Shown here: in pieces, positions 1 to 13,300 of the stretch | Numbering within the stretch: the stretch's first letter is position 1 | Layout of the letters: every line of letters begins with the position of its first letter | Assembly: GCA_016748015.1 (NCBI GenBank) | Contig: JAAOMT010000661.1 | Coordinates: 124,001-188,000 of the forward strand | DNA: 64,000 bases | From: Geosiphon pyriformis uo1 | Lineage: Eukaryota; Fungi; Glomeromycota | Reading direction: 5' to 3' | Made by a program: the position numbers and the translations under genes | Notes under the pieces: model-generated | Databases searched by the model: none | What the model saw: the letters and a program-made list of their open reading frames with translations, nothing else | What the model was told of the DNA's origin: nothing

Positions 1-2277
1 TCCATTTCAAGTTTCGGCCATGTTTTAGTAAGAATGAAATTTTTTAATAATGAGCAAAATAATTGAAGTGTAGATGCATGTTCTTTGAACCAGGAAATCT
101 TTTTGACTTACAAGGGTTATTGATGCAATAAGACATTTATTTCCGAAAAGTGAATATCTTAAAAGAATGCAGCAACCATTACTTTTAAAAGTGTAATACT
201 TTTAATTCATGCATGTGAATTGACAAATAAATGAAATTATTTCATTGATATTCCTTTTTTTTGTTCATAAAGCTAATAATTATGTAATTTCAATAAGGTT
301 TCATTCAGAAGTTACTCAAAACTAACAATAAAATTTTTAGCAGCCTTCTTGATCTTATTTAAAGATTGGTTTTAAATAAATAAATATATATATATATATT
401 ATAATTTGTTAATAATAGTTTGAATTATATTTAATAAAGCTGAAATACCCTTGCAGATGGTAATACAAAATTGTTGTTTAGAATAACTCAGTAGAAGATT
501 TGAAATACTAGTTTGTAATGTTCTTAAATTTGAATGAAAAACTATTGAATTAATAAACAAATTAAAATAGAAAGTTATACAAAATTATATTAGCAAACGT
601 TTTTTTATTCATTCAAAAAATATTTTAGATTCACAATATATTATTTTTGTAATAGTCAATTTTAATTTATAAAATATTTATATATATTTTGTTTTTTTTT
701 ACCCTATTGACAACCACATTTATGGCAAGATTTCATTTTAATCGTGTTTCAGCATTTTCTAAAATTGTCTTTTATATTAAAAAATTTAAGCCACGAGGTA
801 ATAATCTACTATTTACGAGTTTCAAAGAAGTATGTCATTTATTAATTTGAGTTTTTGAGTTAACTTTTTTGGTCAAAACAAATTTTACCTTGTTTTATCT
901 TTTATTTTGTTGAAAAAGTTATAATATTTAGATTTAAATCTTTTTTATCTCAATTTAGATAAATCTCTTTATTTCTTTTACTTGAAAATTTTTAATAATC
1001 TTTTAGATAATTTAAAAAATCTTTGTAAAAAATTATCTTAGATTTATAGGGTATCAGAATTAAATTAGAACCAAACCTAAAGATACATGTATATTTGAAA
1101 TTGATATAATGTTCAACAACTTATATATCCTTAATAGAGGCTGCTTCATTCTAACCATGGATAAAAGAAATTAATTAACTATATTTCTTGAATAATGTCA
1201 TATAGTTATCCTATTGTTTTTATTAAAATTGATCATCGGTAGTATAAAAACTAAGCTATTTTAGATATGACGTCTATGAACACAATGAACAAAAAAATCC
1301 AAGTTTGGAAAGATTTCACTCAAAGATATTTTTGCTGATAAACTGTAAAAATTTCCAAATCACCTTCAAACCATAAAGAGGCAAGCTTAAAAATTTGAAA
1401 TGATATCTGATTATGACCGATTAGAATATCAAGCCAAAGTTTAAAATATCTTGAAAAACTTATATGTCAAAATCTTGTTATTACATGTATCAAGGTGTAT
1501 GAAAAATTTCTTTATTGGAATGAATGAGCCCAAGTAATCCTCACCAAGCGATCCAAATTTCTTTTCCTTATAGAATTTCGGATAAGAGATAAATTTTAAC
1601 TGGGCCATTTGGTATGACTATAGGTAAAAACGCCCCCACTTTAATCTTTATAGGATAAATTCATGAACACTAGTATAATTCAACCAATTTAAATTTTAAA
1701 AGTTAAAAATTAGTTTACCTGATTTTGATCTATATATTTTAATTACTTAGGACTCATTTATGACACAATTAAACTTGAATATCCATGTATATTGCTTTAT
1801 GTATTTGAAATATAAAAAGATCTAAAAAAGGTTAATAGGTATCAAAAAGCCTGTGTTTGAGATTTTTCTCAATAGTGGGATAAATGTAAGTCACGTTATG
1901 CTAAATGATTGCGATTTCCATAAAAAGTTTAGTCGCATTAGATAAAAATGATGAGGTCTATTACTTTCGGCCATTTTTCAAAATTTAAAGTCCCCTTTCA
2001 AGAAGCATGGCTACTTTAACTCTTTTTTTGATTTTGATTTTTCATTTTGCTCAATATTTCTGATTTTATTCTTACTAAGCATTACGAATAAATCAACATT
2101 TGACGAACCCCGCGGTATGAAGGGTCCGAGAAACTTGTTAAAACTTAAATTTATGCTCGCGAGTGTTAGAGTATTTATAGGCACACAATATTGCTAACTT
2201 TTCGTTGCTTCATTGTTCTTGTGTTTTCAGGTATAAACTATCCATTCCTAAACATTAAATTATACTTAAAAAAACTC

Positions 2278-2928
2278 ATGGAGAATTTTTCCCAAAATGG
2301 CTTTGAAATTTCTTCCTTAAAACCGCCTTTTCCCCCACGCATTACATCAGAGGAATTATTTTCAAATGCTGTTACAAAACTGAAAGAAACAGGAGAAATC
2401 CAAAAAACTCCAAATGCCTTTTTTGTTTATTCAAAGGTTTTCAGAAATCATATAAAGACAAATACTAATTTCTCTAAAATGCCTATACAATCAAAAATTG
2501 TCGCGAGGCTTTGGAAACAAGAGCCAGATTATGTAAAATTAAAATATAAACAACTTGCCAATGAAGCAAAAAATCAATTTCGCAAATATTCGGAATCTTC
2601 TCATCCTCTACAAAATATTTTTCATTATGTGCCCCCTCGTCCTGCTGTAAATAATGTGACTTCTGAAAACAGTCATTCGCAAGAAAATATTTCAACTTCC
2701 ATAGAACCAATCCAGAACCCAGTTAGCATTCAGACATCCCCTCTGGTTCAGCCTAATGAAATTCTCCCTCAAACTAATCAAATTAATACACCATACCTAT
2801 ATTTTTTATATGAACCTTTATATTTACAATTTATTTCAAACCAGCACCCCTATTTTACCTTCTATACATCTTCGAATGCTCCTGAACCCGATCAAAATCA
2901 ACCCGAAGGGTTTGAACCTTTTTCTTAG
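2278..2928 (+). CDS. MATA-type HMG-box transcription factor (216 aa, intronless)
   Basis: KTPNAFFVYSKVFR...IQSKIVARLWKQEPDYVKLKYKQLANEA is a MATA/SOX-type HMG box, preceded by a PPFPPRIT motif and followed by a P/Q/N-rich tail. The first ATG is at 2278; the track start at 2191 is TTG. Confidence 0.88.
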   Translation: MENFSQNGFEISSLKPPFPPRITSEELFSNAVTKLKETGEIQKTPNAFFVYSKVFRNHIKTNTNFSKMPIQSKIVARLWKQEPDYVKLKYKQLANEAKNQFRKYSESSHPLQNIFHYVPPRPAVNNVTSENSHSQENISTSIEPIQNPVSIQTSPLVQPNEILPQTNQINTPYLYFLYEPLYLQFISNQHPYFTFYTSSNAPEPDQNQPEGFEPFS

Positions 2929-4765
2929 AATAGTCGTGGAAATTAAGAATCCTACTTTTGACGCAATTTCTGCGAGATAGTTTTTGAAAAATAGTATTTA
3001 TAATCGATCTGCTTTAAATTTTAAATTATTTTATTTTAAAAGAAAAATTTCAAGCTTTTCGGATTTTTCATGATATTAATTTGTTTGACACAAAAAATTT
3101 TCAAACCATTTATCTTAAATCTATTATATAATTTAGAGGCTGAAAAATTTTGAGAGTCTAAAAATTTAGGTCTTTTATTTGCGAGTTTATATTGGGTTTA
3201 TGAAATATCTCGTTCAAATTGTATTCAAAAATATTATTTTTATAATTAACTTTTATGTTTTGGATAATTTTTTATGCATATTAATTGTGTAATCAGAAAT
3301 TTCATTCATTATTTTTTTTTAAAAATTTATTGCTTCATATTAAAAAAATAAATTTTGTCTAATTTTGATCTTTCTCATTAATTTATATAAAAATATTTTC
3401 TTCAGCATTGAGCTTTGAAGGATTTCAAAAAATAAAATAAATTTATACTTCTTGCAAGAAAATTGTTCGAATGTGTTACCGAGTCTCGTTCATCTGGCTA
3501 GATCATCTCTGTGACGGCAAGGAGTAAAATCAATTTTTCCACTAATGAGACAGGCAAAGATTTCTTTAGAAACTAAAACTAGAGAATTGCATGCAGAAAA
3601 TCAAACTCTGATCGCATGTTGGAAATTCATAGAAAATGTCCATAATAGTTAGATTATAATTATTAAACTAGTAATTTTCTAATGAATTTCCTCAGCCCAC
3701 AATGGAATTTTTTGTAAAACCTGAAACCTAAGATCCTAAGATTTTCGCCGGGAAAAATATGTTATGAATGAAGGAAGTTGAAATTTCGAAAATAAATTAC
3801 AATGCAATTATTCCAAAAATTTATTTTTTGATTTATTTTTAATTTTGACTAAGCAACTTGCAACAAACCTAAGACATTAAACTTTTCGGTAGAGAAAATC
3901 CCAAAACCTTATTTTCTTAAAAAGCTCTGAACCTTGTAAATAAGCTCTCAAAAATTAGATCTATTTCTTTCAAATGTCAATCGTCATAAATTGAGAAAAG
4001 GATTTTACGGAAAAGTTTACTTTACTTAAAACAGTGTGAAGAAGGACATGATTTTGTCTTGTTTATTTATGTAAAGTAAAAAAAAAAAAAGAAATTAACT
4101 CAATATAATTTTAATCTTCAAATATTGTAGCAAATAAATTAATCGTTCAGAAAAGGAATTGTGAAAATTTTTAATTGTCAATTTTTTTTATTTTATGCTA
4201 AATGCAATTTAAATTGAAATATTTGGGATTGGTAAAAAAAAAGTTTGCGTAGTGAAAGAGACTTAAGTTCAACAAATTATGTAGACCCAACTCAAAATTC
4301 AAATTGTAAAAATTATTTGAGCACATAAGTCAACATAAAAACATTACTTCGTAGTATAATCGATTGGATGAAATATTCTCTTAACAATATCAAGAGGGCT
4401 AAATCATATTTTTTCAATTTCTAATTTTAATGGTTCAAAATTATACTTGAAAGTGGATGACAATTTTTTAAATCTTGAAGCGCAAGCTGAATTTTAACAA
4501 TGAAATTTTCATATTACTTGGTTTCAAAGGAAGATAAATTTACATAGTTCAGTTTTCCAGAATTCATGAATCAGTTCATATTGTTGATAGAAGCTTTCAT
4601 TTGTTCAATGATGAGCCGTGAATCCAGGAAAACATTAGTAGGGAAAATATTCAATGAACAATATAAAAAGAAACCTTGGCCAGAGAAATTAAAAAAGTGT
4701 AGGTATCGTCACCCTTATAATTATCAAGTGAAGAATATATACACACCAGATCTCTTAAGGCAACT

Positions 4766-5869
4766 TTAGGAGAATTGTGGGAAGAAACCGGCGACGTACG
4801 CTTGTGGATCCACCCTAATGTAAATTTCGTCATCATGGATTTCAGATAGGCCATGGACTTGACTCCTTAAGTGAGCATACATATCATCGTAGCAACACAA
4901 TTCCCTTTCATCTGCCTGACATAGACGACATTGAAATATCTGACGATCTCTCATTCGAAAAATAATAGCCTCCTTTACAGTCAAGAATAGAGCTGGTTCT
5001 TTTTGAACTTCTAAAGCTTCTCGACCCAAAAGAGGAAGCAGTTTATTGAGAAGAAATTTATCCTCCCAAATTGCCAGTGGATCACCTTTGCTGGAAGGTA
5101 AATTACGAAAGGAAGGACATCGTGAAAGCAAGAATTCTCGAGGTTCATAAAATAATTCTGACAATTCCGGAACAAGACGCCCTGTTTCATCGGGATAAAT
5201 TCGTGTGACAGTGATAGTTTGAATGCTGGTTTGTCCTTGATGTCTCTCTTGGGTTGCCACCATAAAGGGCATTACATCCGACTTTGAGGCAAAAGAGTCC
5301 AAAGTGAGTGCTAGAGAAATTTCCGAATTTGTAGGAAATGCTGGAATCGGCCACAAAAGGCGAATCCATGAAATTATTTGTAATCTTTTTCTCCGTGTAA
5401 CTTCTTGAAAGACATACTTTTCTTGATCCGATATAGGATATGGTTCAAAGTTTAGAGAGGACATAGAGCTTGTGTTAGACATTACTTCATCAGAATTTGT
5501 TGAGGATACAGTGAAAGAATTTGTGCAAGTTGGATCTGCACCCTTCTTCTCTTTGAGATTGGTTTCATTTTCATTTCGAGATACAGGAGCAATAGTGACA
5601 TTTTGTTCCACACCTTTAATTTGTTGTTTTTGGTCTTCTTTGTTATCATCCCTTGCGAGTAAAACCTTCTTACTTGGCTGTGAAGATGATTCAAGTTTCT
5701 TCGCTTTGCTCATTAAATCTTTGAGACTAATAAAAATTTTATCAGGCATAGTTTCCATGCTTGAATCACTTGAAAAAGATTCAGAGTCTTCGTCGTTAAT
5801 TTTGATATTCAAAGCTGTTATGGAATCGGAAATTGGGGTTTCGGCGGAGATTGGATGAAAATTTGACAT
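4766..5869 (-). CDS. Hypothetical protein: disordered Ser-rich N-terminus, conserved ~210-aa domain and C-terminal CxxC...H...H zinc finger; paralog of 6399-7115
   Basis: Open 367-codon ATG ORF. Blocks WIRLLWP, PREFL, FLLNKLLP, PAxFLTVKEA, CxLC, HLxSxxH and IHDDEI are shared with the neighbouring ORF. Confidence 0.8.
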   Translation of the reverse strand: MSNFHPISAETPISDSITALNIKINDEDSESFSSDSSMETMPDKIFISLKDLMSKAKKLESSSQPSKKVLLARDDNKEDQKQQIKGVEQNVTIAPVSRNENETNLKEKKGADPTCTNSFTVSSTNSDEVMSNTSSMSSLNFEPYPISDQEKYVFQEVTRRKRLQIISWIRLLWPIPAFPTNSEISLALTLDSFASKSDVMPFMVATQERHQGQTSIQTITVTRIYPDETGRLVPELSELFYEPREFLLSRCPSFRNLPSSKGDPLAIWEDKFLLNKLLPLLGREALEVQKEPALFLTVKEAIIFRMRDRQIFQCRLCQADERELCCYDDMYAHLRSQVHGLSEIHDDEIYIRVDPQAYVAGFFPQFS

Positions 5870-6398
5870 TGTTTACCTATTCAAATTCTGAAATTTCCCA
5901 AATAGTTTTGGTTTCAAGTGGATGGATAGTACGAAAAGACAAATATTTATTCTTTACATTAACATACATAAATTTAATTAGTTTTCCTCTTAATATGACT
6001 GTGTAACGCTGAAATTATAAAACCATTTTAATATTCATATTGTCGAGCTGACAGGAAATTTTCAAAGGATCATTTAAAACATGAAGATTTGCCTTTGTCA
6101 CAATGGACAGAGTGAAACAAAATTCATTAGCGGTTTTAGAATAACATGATTATAAAAGATTTCGGCTAATAAAGTTTAGCCGAAACAGTAATTGAACAAT
6201 ATCAATCACATGTATCTTGATAACAAAAAAAAGCCGATCATTTCTTCAGAATGATGAAACCCATAATAGCAATATTTTAATTTTAAAAAAAACATTAATT
6301 TTTACCCCCAAAAATTGTATTTTATTTAAAAATTTGTCGTCGATGACTTGAAATATTTGTTTATTTTGAGGTCTCTATTTTAGGTAAAATATCTCGAT

Positions 6399-7115
6399 TT
6401 AATCGTCTTTAATAATTTTCCACTTGGTTGAGCTTGGATAAAAGGACATAAGATATGCTTTTGGATTGACCAAAATAAAAATTTCATCATCATGTATTAG
6501 ACTAACGTTATGCTTGCTACTCTTCAAGTGTTCAATTATTGCACTATATCGATAAAGTTTGTCGCATGAGTTTTTGCATAATTGACATTTAAATATCAAT
6601 TCGTCCTTCTTTCCTCGCAATAAAGCTTCCTTAACAGTCAAAAAGATAGCAGGTAATTCTTGAATCGACAAAGCTTCCTGACTGAGACGTGGCAATAGTT
6701 TATTGAGCAGAAAAGAGTCATCCCAAGGCAAAAAGGGATCATTCTTAAAGGCAGGTGGTTTTTGGAAAGAGTTACATTGAGATACAAGGAATTCACGTGG
6801 ACCATAAGTAAATTCACCAATTCGGTATATAGGAATTCCATTTTCGTTTGATGATTCTTTTATTACGTTATACGTATGGATTGCATAGCCGCCAAGATAT
6901 GCTTCTTTTTGTGCCACGATTGAAGGACGAGTTTGGCCATATTTGAGCAGTAATTCCTTTGTCAATTCTCGCGCAAGTTCAGAATTGGTTTTAAAATTCG
7001 GATAAGGCCACAGTAATCGAATCCAAGCTAAAATTTGAACCCGTTTTTGCTGATAAATCTGAACCAAATTTACTTTGTTCTCTATGAGTACTTCTTTGGA
7101 AGTCTTTTTATTCAT
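6399..7115 (-). CDS. Hypothetical protein with C-terminal CxxC...H...H zinc finger; paralog of 4766-5869
   Basis: 238-aa ATG ORF, colinear with the C-terminal ~215 aa of the adjacent ORF (FKCQLC...HLKSSKH...IHDDEI). Confidence 0.8.
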   Translation of the reverse strand: MNKKTSKEVLIENKVNLVQIYQQKRVQILAWIRLLWPYPNFKTNSELARELTKELLLKYGQTRPSIVAQKEAYLGGYAIHTYNVIKESSNENGIPIYRIGEFTYGPREFLVSQCNSFQKPPAFKNDPFLPWDDSFLLNKLLPRLSQEALSIQELPAIFLTVKEALLRGKKDELIFKCQLCKNSCDKLYRYSAIIEHLKSSKHNVSLIHDDEIFILVNPKAYLMSFYPSSTKWKIIKDD

Positions 7116-8254
7116 AATAGAATAATTTTATTTCCTATATTTATAAAAGAATAAGTTTCAATAAAGCCTAAAAGGCAAGAGTAAATTCAGAATATATAAA
7201 AGTTTCCCTCATACCATCTAATGATGTTTCGCTTGCCCCACTTGTAGTCAATTTATAATTTAATAGAAAGAATGGGAAAGTCCAAAGATTCTAATTTTTT
7301 GAAAGAGTTCTAGTAAAATTGGTTATCCAAGAGTAGCATAATAATAACAAAAGCTAGAAATTATGGAGAGATTCAGTTTTTATATGCGAAATATTTCCAC
7401 GCTGGAAAGCCTTTGTGAGTATGACGCATATACAATTGCTTATCTTATCAAGTAACAGTGGATTTTCCTATAGCTGAAATGCCAATATTAAGAGCTGATT
7501 TTTTTCATTTTTAAATTTAAATAGCAATTTTTTTTGTGCAACTTTCTGTTGCATGGTTGTACAAACAAAGTAAAACAGTGATCATTTTCAAAAATTCGGC
7601 AAGTCAATATATATGAAAATCAAATCAAAAAGTTGCTCACCTCTTTTTGATCCAAATAATTTTAGGGAAGTTTGTATTAATGCATAAACTTGATTTAGCT
7701 ATAATTTTACAGAGTCTGTGGAGATATCAAACTTTTAAATTTTAAAATGCTTTAATTATAAAGCTTTTGAATATGAAACCAATTTAAGCGAAATTTTTGC
7801 TGTGAAGGAAAACTCATAATTTAGATTGTAAATTTGACTTGGATTCCTGTTGTTCCAGATTTATTCTTTAAAGGAAAAAAGTTGAAAATTACGAATTGTT
7901 TTAATCTAAAACTAAAATTTAAACGATAGTTTGAGTTCGGGCCAATTTTAAAGTGTTTGACAGTGCATTTAGAAATGAATATTATACAGATGGATTGAAT
8001 CAAAAAGAAATGGCCAGAGAAAAATTTCCCACATAGTCAAGTTAATGCGATAGACAACCCACTACCAATTCGCATTCTGTAGCATGGAAATGAAACATAT
8101 GCCTGTAAAAATTTTCGTGTTTGATTGCTATTATTTTTCTAATACTTTCAGTGTGAATGTCAAGAAGCACAACGCCAAACCCTATTACATTGTGGAACGA
8201 AGGTGTGCGGAATGCAAAAGCAATACAGACTGGGAAAAATATCCTCCTCTCTAT

Positions 8255-9140
8255 GATACATTATAACCTCAAAAAACTTGAAAAAAAGGAATAGTGAAAC
8301 ATATAGGTGCTGGAGAGCGACCAAAAAAGATGAAGGAAAGGCTTCGCGAGCGCTAGGACAATAAATTCTTCTAATTCGACAAGAATTTTGGCAACAAAGT
8401 TGTCAAAAATGGGTATAGAGGTATATGCTATAAAAAAATGGAAAGCATTTAGTAATTCTTGGATATAAAAAAGACCTTCCTTTAGCAACACCAATGCTTA
8501 TAAAGAAAAGTGCGTAGAATGAGCCCATAAACATTTGAACAACGATTGGAATCGGACCATTTTTACTAATGAAGCAGCTTTTTGTCTCTTTAGGGTTAAA
8601 CACGGTAGGAACACTGGTATAGAGGTTTTAAACCAACTCTCGCCCTACCAAAAGATCGAAGAAAATCTTTGCTTGGAGTGGTTTCTATAAGGAAGGTAAA
8701 ACAAGTTTATTCTGTTTTCCTAGAATAATGAATGTCGAATTTATTTAGAAATTCTTCATACCTATTTACCTGAGATGAGACGAAAGCTGGGAAAAATAGG
8801 TGGCGGTTCCAACAAGACAATGATAAAAAACATAAAAGTCAGATTACTCAAGAATTTCTTACCGCCAATATGCCCAAAGTTATAGACTGGCCCGCCAACA
8901 GTCCTGATTTAAATCCTATGGGAATATTGTTAAGAGTAATGTGGAAAAAAGAATACCCAAAAATTTAGAATTAGAATAATTTATATTCCCGAATATTACT
9001 TAATTGGGATTAGTCCGATCGATGAAGCGGCAGTGTGAGCTCGTGATTGAAATGAATGATGATCGTATATCTTATATGATTTTATGCATTTAATTAAGAA
9101 TTGATTAATTCCAAAAAAGATACTAAATGACAGTAATTTT
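8255..9140 (+). mobile_element. Degenerate Tc1-like (DDE) transposase remnant
   Basis: Frameshifted fragments read NDWNRTIFTNEAAF, WRFQQDND..H and PKVIDWPANSPDLNP. No intact ORF and no TIRs resolved; the ends are approximate. Confidence 0.8.
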
Positions 9141-11394
9141 TTGGAAATTTCGAGAGCTTGTTGCAATTTCACTTTTGTGATTGAAAAAAAATAGGACATG
9201 AATGACTAAGTAATTGAGACTGCAAAAAATAAGAAGATATAATAACTTTAGTGATTATTAAATTATTATATCCTTTACATATGCAAATAATGAAAGTTTG
9301 TCATATTGGGAAGTCTTTTCGTTATTAAAATGAAACCGAACCAAATTTTTAAAAAAGATGAACCTTGTTATGCCATATAATTTTCCTATAATGGACCAAA
9401 AATTTCTGTTTTTTAATTCACCTACCGCGCATCATTCATTCATTAAATAGAGTTCAGAATACGCCAAATGTGTTGCACAAAGTTTCTAACAATATAGTTA
9501 ATTAATGGGATTACCTGAGTACCAATTAAACTTTCACTTAATGATTTCCTACGTGTGAATTTAAACTTTAATTTTGTCACAATGCAATTCTAATTTCCTT
9601 TTTCTTAATTAGAATGGCAAGTGTTCAAAAAATAAAATAAAATACATAAACTGAATCAAATGGGTTTTTCCTGGGGTTCATTTGTTTATTATTCGGAGTT
9701 TCTAAATCTAAATTAAAAATTCTCCGTGATGACGCAAAAAGCATAACTGAGACAAACAATATGACTATTAATTATGACTTAATTTAATTTAAGGGTTGCA
9801 ATTCCCCAAATCTAAGATTGGCACTTTTCTAAATTAAACGCATTGTGAAAAAAAAAGATTTTAACAAAATATTTTTCCAAAGGTAGTGTTAAACTCTCTT
9901 CAATATTATTATTATTATTATTATTATTATTCTTTTCGCATTTGACACTAAAAAATTTTAAGGCATGTATAGTTATTCAAAACGTAACACTTTTTTCCAA
10001 AATTTATATTCGATTTTATGTATCACCAAGGATTCTCACAATTCTTGATGACGTTATATATACCATTTATAATTTTTATTCCACAGCAAGAGAACCAAAT
10101 TTAAGTTTTAAGAGGAATTCTCTTCTCAAGCATATCAAAAGTTAAATATATTTTTCAAGTAGCATTTCAATAGTTTAGTATATATGAAAACCTTTTTGCA
10201 TATATTATAAAAGATAACTTTTAAAAAATTTCAAATTATAGTCTAATTAAAGATAATCAAAAGTATTCTGAATTGATATAGTGACAATATGAATTTAACA
10301 AGAATGAGGAAACAAATTGGCCTCTAGATTTTACCACTTCTAGGAAAGCAGAACCACCATACAACACTGTTTCTTTACAAAACTTTTAATTCCCAAATTT
10401 TTTAAATTTGTTTCTCCTAATATTTTAGAAACTCAAAAGAATTCTTTACCCTTGATAATAATAAAAATATTGATATAATTTCTTAGTAAAAAAAATTAAA
10501 TTTATTTTTGAATAGATTCAGATTTATTCAATCGAAAACTAAAATAAAAATATTTTAAGCAAAAAAACTAAATTAGTTAGTAATAAAATGATTAACTTAC
10601 AATTAAAGCAAATTTGATTGGTCTTCCTCTTTAATGAGAATTCTAAAATTATAATTCGAAACCTGTTTTATTTAGTTTATCATCTATTTGAATGTTCAGT
10701 GCCTGTATCTGGCCATTTTTGTACCTAGGTACCAGATTATCATTATTGAACTGTAATGCTCATATACAAATTATTTTAAATTGGTAATTTGGATATAGTC
10801 TCATTTATTCAGTGTCAATGGGCTACTAAGTTAATGAAAATGATGACAAAATTAATATAATGACTATTGCTTGTAAGGGAGGCTCTCATTGGTAGAGACC
10901 CATAGATAAAATATAAAAAAAAGTTGCCTTTTGTTAAGAAAGATGACCGACTACGTTTGTTAATAAATAATCTACATTCAACCATTGCCTAAAAAGGTCC
11001 CATAGAGGGTTTCACAAATGTCAAATACCGACTATTTTTGAAAGTTTATGCAGGGAAACTAAACCTAGTTTCCAAATTTCCAGGGACTATTACCACGCGA
11101 TTTCCCATTTGCATTAGAAAAAATTAAGATTTACAAATACCCCTTTTATTTTTGAAATAAATTTTTTTGAACCAATTAAAAAATATATATTCATCCAAAA
11201 TATCAAGGGGGAATTTTGTGAAATTTCAAACATGAATAAATATGAGGCTTTATTTCAGTTTGAAATAAATGATTTAAAGCATCCCACCCTTTAATAATAA
11301 AATTACCGACTTTTCTTCTTTCTTTTATTTCACCTGATATTGAATAAAATTACTTAATACATACCTACTCTTTGTTAAAACCCTCTAATCAAGA

Positions 11395-12546
11395 ATGAAA
11401 TCTAGATCATTGGAAATTTTGAAAAATCATAGCTGTGTTTTAGTAAAGCAAACATGTAATGGTTTATTTTCAATCACAATTAACATCAAGATCGGATCAA
11501 AACCTATACTACTTGAAGCAGAAATCTTCAACATCTCAAAATTTGTGTCGCGATGTCAAACAAAAATTAGTCCCAATTCTTTCCTTCTTTATCGTATGGT
11601 CGTCCAAGAGGCTGTTAATCTGTCAGGGTATTGCATTGAAAGGAAAGAGGTTTCCCAAATCGCGAAAGAAACCTGGAAAAATTCTGATTGGCTCAAATCA
11701 CATTTTAAGTCGGTGTTCATGAAGGTTAAGGAGGCTTTGAAGACAGATCCGAGTCGTTTTATCGCCGAAAATCCTATTGATGGAAGTAGAACAGTAATTG
11801 AAAAAAGTACCCTTTCTCATGATGCTTCATCAATTGAAAGTATAAATAGTCAATATCTTGTGCCCGACTTCATAATTTCTCAAAGCGAAAATTCTTTGAA
11901 TTGTCCATCAAACCAGTTTTTCAGCCCACCCTACACCCCAAATTCTTTTGACTCGAAAACTTCTTTGATTGTACCCACGGAAGAATTTTTGAATATGCCC
12001 ATGTATTGCATTGAAAGGAAAGAGGTTTCCCAAATCGCGAAAGAAACCTGGAAAAATTCTTATCGGCTCAAACCACATTTTAAGTCGGTGTTCATGAAGG
12101 TTAAGGAGGCTTTGAAGACAGATCCGAGTCGTTTTATCGCCGAAAATCCTATTGATGGAAGTAGAACAGTAATTGAAAAAAGTACCCTTTCTCATGATGC
12201 TTCATCAATTGAAAGTATAAATAGTCAATATTTTGTGCCCGACTTCATAATTTCTCAAAGCGAAAATTCTTTGAATTGTCCATCAAACCAGTTTTTCAGC
12301 CCACCCTACACCCCAAATTCTTTTGACTCGAAAACTTCTTTGATTGTACCCACGGAAGAATTTTCGAATATGCCCATGGAAGAATTTGTTCAAATTCCCA
12401 ATCAAGCTTTGCAGTTATATCCAAAATTTTTTACTCTAAAAAATCCTATCTATGGGAATAAACTAGTAATTGACACTGAAATTATTTGTTCTCCGCCCGT
12501 TATACCATCACAAAAGGAATCTCAGCACTTTCATCCTATTTATTAA
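11395..12546 (+). CDS. Divergent HMG-box protein with a 125-aa internal tandem duplication
   Basis: SPNSFLLYRMVVQ...EVSQIAKETWKNS..LKSHF is an HMG box. Segment 11629-12003 is repeated at 12004-12378 in frame. Confidence 0.78.
   Translation: MKSRSLEILKNHSCVLVKQTCNGLFSITINIKIGSKPILLEAEIFNISKFVSRCQTKISPNSFLLYRMVVQEAVNLSGYCIERKEVSQIAKETWKNSDWLKSHFKSVFMKVKEALKTDPSRFIAENPIDGSRTVIEKSTLSHDASSIESINSQYLVPDFIISQSENSLNCPSNQFFSPPYTPNSFDSKTSLIVPTEEFLNMPMYCIERKEVSQIAKETWKNSYRLKPHFKSVFMKVKEALKTDPSRFIAENPIDGSRTVIEKSTLSHDASSIESINSQYFVPDFIISQSENSLNCPSNQFFSPPYTPNSFDSKTSLIVPTEEFSNMPMEEFVQIPNQALQLYPKFFTLKNPIYGNKLVIDTEIICSPPVIPSQKESQHFHPIY
11629..12378 (+). repeat. 375-bp direct tandem duplication (2 copies)
   Basis: Both copies start TATTGCATTGAAAGG and end AATATGCCCATG; I count 5 mismatches. 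Confidence 0.95.
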
Positions 12547-13300
12547 ATTAATTAATTAATTAATTAATTAATTAAAACTAGATTACTTCATTTTAATCCC
12601 ATAAATCACTAAGAACCTCTCAATTATAGAAATAAACTTTAGAATTATTAATTATGTAAATTTAAAGATAATTTTTAGAATTCATGAGAAAATTATAGGG
12701 CTATAGAGTATATATATTTTTTACTTATTATATTCGGTGTGAAAATTTCAATCAAAATTGAACTCTAATGGTTCAAATTAACATAAAGTATATATTTTAA
12801 TTTCTATTTGAATTATTAAAAATTCTCACGTAAGACCATAGAAAAAAATATTTATTAAACTAATGCTATAATAAAAATTTAAACAAATAAACTATTTAAG
12901 TAAATGCTTGCATTTTTGTTATAAAGTATTTTCGTGGAGGATAAGGTTTTAATGCACGATATAAGCAAGCCGCATTTTATGATTTACTACTTTCGGCAAT
13001 TATAGTTTGAGCTCTTAGTTATTCCCAAAAATGTATGCATTTAATTAGAGTGATTTAATTGAGACCAATTACGGACATGGGGAATTTCTCAAGCTATTAT
13101 GCATTTTATCATAATCAAATGATTATTTGGGGCTATGATACAGTTCTCAGTCTGTCATCTCTTTAGATTGGAAATGCCTCATATATTTTATCGGTTGACC
13201 ACTATATTTAAGCACGCATTTCAGTTATTAGCATCCTCTATAATCAAAAGCTCACTTCAAAAAATAAGCCTTTAGATTTCTTATTCTCGGCTTTTGCTCT

